Source: Candidatus Marinacidobacterales bacterium
GTDB lineage: Bacteria; Acidobacteriota; Vicinamibacteria; Marinacidobacterales; SMYC01
DNA: 64,000 nucleotides
Assembly (NCBI GenBank): GCA_965224085.1
Contig: CBDCYI010000005.1
Span: 1,088,001-1,152,000, forward strand
Reading direction: 5' to 3'
Below the pieces are notes generated by a model that was not told the DNA's origin, searched no databases, and was given only the letters and a program-made list of their open reading frames with translations. Positions 61,037-64,000 of this stretch are shown here, in pieces. Position 1 is the stretch's first letter. Each line of letters begins with the position of its first letter. The position numbers and the translations under genes were made by a program.

Positions 61037-62551
61037 ATGGGCCAATGGCGAGATGCGCTCGAGCTCGACCGAACTTCGAAGAAGCCGCTCTACCAGCAAC
61101 TTCAGACGCTCATCGGGGCGCGGATCGAAAACGGGGGGCTTCCGCCGGGGACTAAGCTTCCTGCGAGCCGCGACCTCGCCGCGCAACTAGGCATCAACCG
61201 GAATACGGTCACGAACGCCTATAAAGAGCTCACGAAAACCGGCCACGTTCGATCGCATGTAGGCCAGGGGACCTTCGTGAGCGAGCGCGCCACGAGCGCG
61301 CCTTCCCCACTCCGCTGGTCGTTCTCTCGGGCGGTGGAAGGCGCCCGACAGCGCGTGCCCTCACCAACGGAGACCACGCCCCATCCCGATCCGATCGACT
61401 TCGCGTCTCTCGTACCCGATGAAGGGCTCTTCCCGGTGGAGCCCTTCCGCGTCGTCCTCGACGCGGTGCTCAAGCGTGAGGGGAAGAAGCTTTTGCAATA
61501 CGGTCCGGCCGCGGGACACCCGCCGCTGCGCCGCTACATCGCCGAGCGGCTCGCCGAGCGAGGGGTTCGGACCACGACGGAGAACGTTCTCATTGTCAAC
61601 GGCTCTCAGCAAGCGCTCGACTTAATCTGTCGCACCTTGCTCGACCCAGGAGACCCGGTCGTCGTCGAGAGCCCGACCTACACGATCGTTTTGCCGCTGC
61701 TCGCGCAATATCAGGCGCGAATCGATGAGGTCGCGATGACGCCGCGCGGCATGGACCTCGATGCTCTCGAGGCGCAGCTGACACGCTCGCGGCCGAAGCT
61801 TCTTTTCACGATGCCGACTTTCCACAACCCGACCGGAATCACCATGGATCTCGCGTCGCGAAGACGCCTCGTGGATCTCGCCGCGCGGTTCCGAGTCCCC
61901 ATCGTCGAGGACGACTTCGACTCCGAGCTGCGCTTCAATGGCAAGCCCGTGCCGCCTTTGAAAGCGCTCGACGAGCAAGACTGCGTGGCGTATATCGGAA
62001 CCTTTTCGAAAGGCCTCTTCCCTGGGCTCCGGCTTGGGTGGATCGTCGCGCCTCGAGACGTCGTGGTCACACTCCGCCGCAGCAAGCTCATCTCCGATTA
62101 CCACACGAGCCTACTTCTTCAAGCCGCCGTACTCGAATTTTGTGAGCGCGGATACTACAGCGAGCATCTAAAGAAGCTCGCCCTCATCTATCGGGAGAAA
62201 AGCCGCAAGCTCATCGGCGCACTCGAACGCTTTTTCCCGAAAACCGTGAGCTGGACGGAGCCCGAAGGCGGCTTTGCCTCTTGGGTCACGCTCCCGGAGA
62301 ACGTCTCGGCCGAAGCGGTCCTAGCCGAGAGCTCCGTCGACGGTGTAATGTTCACGCCCGGCTCTAACTTCTTTGCGCGCGGTCAAGGAAAACGTTTCCT
62401 GCGTCTCTCCATTTCCAGAGTTTCTCTGGAGCATATCGAGTTGGGTATCAAGAAGCTCGGCGCGACCCTCGAGCGGCTGCTCGACCGCGAGACGGGCGAA
62501 GAGACTTCTGGGCCGGGCGAGAGAGAGCAAGAGCCTGCTCTGCATATTTGA
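61037..62551 (+). CDS. MocR/GntR-family PLP-binding regulator (PdxR-like)
   Basis: GntR wHTH (LPASRDLA..INRNTV..AY), aminotransferase domain (FHNPTG, TFSKGLFPGLRLG); adjacent to pdxS. Confidence 0.9.
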   Translation: MGQWRDALELDRTSKKPLYQQLQTLIGARIENGGLPPGTKLPASRDLAAQLGINRNTVTNAYKELTKTGHVRSHVGQGTFVSERATSAPSPLRWSFSRAVEGARQRVPSPTETTPHPDPIDFASLVPDEGLFPVEPFRVVLDAVLKREGKKLLQYGPAAGHPPLRRYIAERLAERGVRTTTENVLIVNGSQQALDLICRTLLDPGDPVVVESPTYTIVLPLLAQYQARIDEVAMTPRGMDLDALEAQLTRSRPKLLFTMPTFHNPTGITMDLASRRRLVDLAARFRVPIVEDDFDSELRFNGKPVPPLKALDEQDCVAYIGTFSKGLFPGLRLGWIVAPRDVVVTLRRSKLISDYHTSLLLQAAVLEFCERGYYSEHLKKLALIYREKSRKLIGALERFFPKTVSWTEPEGGFASWVTLPENVSAEAVLAESSVDGVMFTPGSNFFARGQGKRFLRLSISRVSLEHIELGIKKLGATLERLLDRETGEETSGPGEREQEPALHI

Positions 62552-62578
62552 ATTGCCTAATTTCATCGGAGGTAACAA

Positions 62579-63460
<882 letters not shown>

Positions 63461-63509
63461 CCAGTAGTCAGCGGTAGCCGGTTGCCCACAACGAGCAACG
63501 GACAAAACA

Positions 63510-64000
63510 GTGAATAACGGAATCGGAGTGTTGGCGCTTCAAGGCGATTACGTGGAGCACCAGCGCATGCTGGAGCGGCTCGGCCGGAGCTCGCGACAGA
63601 TCCGGAAAGCTTCGGAGCTCGAAGGCCTCCGTGCTCTCATCCTTCCTGGAGGTGAGAGCACGACGATGGTCAAGTTCTTGGAGGAGGAAGAGCTGATGGA
63701 GCCGCTCCGGGATTTCTACGCATCCGGCGGGGCGCTTTACGGAACGTGCGCGGGCACGATCCTCCTGGCGCGCACCGTCTCCGCGCCGAGCCAAGCCTCC
63801 CTCGGCCTCATGGATATCGACGTCGAGCGCAATGGCTATGGCCGGCAAATCGACAGTCACGAGAGCCCTGGAGCCTGCCGCGAGCTTGGCGATGAGCCGC
63901 TGCCTATGGTCTTCATCCGGGCCCCGATCCTCTCCCGCACGGGCCCGGAAGTCCGAGTGCTCGCCGAGCACCGGAACCAACCGGTGCTCGTACGTCAGGG
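63510..64000 (+). CDS. pdxT: PLP synthase glutaminase subunit (partial, runs off the window)
   Basis: GVLALQGD, LPGGESTT, GTCAG, RNGYGRQIDS, VFIRAP. Confidence 0.93.
   Translation, partial: MNNGIGVLALQGDYVEHQRMLERLGRSSRQIRKASELEGLRALILPGGESTTMVKFLEEEELMEPLRDFYASGGALYGTCAGTILLARTVSAPSQASLGLMDIDVERNGYGRQIDSHESPGACRELGDEPLPMVFIRAPILSRTGPEVRVLAEHRNQPVLVRQ

Overview
GC-rich bacterial chromosomal window, probably Acidobacteriota (inferred from gene content and Ser/Thr-kinase remnants). Housekeeping content: hutH, fabZ-like, mpg, proS, cysS, ribF, yraN, korAB, pdxR-like/pdxS/pdxT, tRNA-Leu(TAA), tRNA-Cys(GCA), tRNA-Gly(GCC), a partner-switching module (PP2C, RsbW-like, STAS), an aminotransferase/CoA-transferase operon and several secreted hydrolases. 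The window is heavily eroded, with many nonsense, frameshift and deletion pseudogenes. Mobile DNA includes two apparently identical inverted IS6 copies around a chimeric outer-membrane gene, an IS5(IS903-like) element that supplies the proS stop, IS1595 and IS1634 remnants, and island remnants at the tRNA-Leu and tRNA-Cys 3' ends. The most notable item is a hidden selenoprotein at 33476-34009: an in-frame UGA in a U-G-S-C-T-S-C motif, followed by a SECIS-like hairpin. It resembles the catalytic region of glycine/proline reductase B subunits and is translationally coupled to a CxxC thioredoxin-fusion protein, so it is a candidate uncharacterised selenium-dependent redox system. All calls are by eye from motifs; no searches were run.
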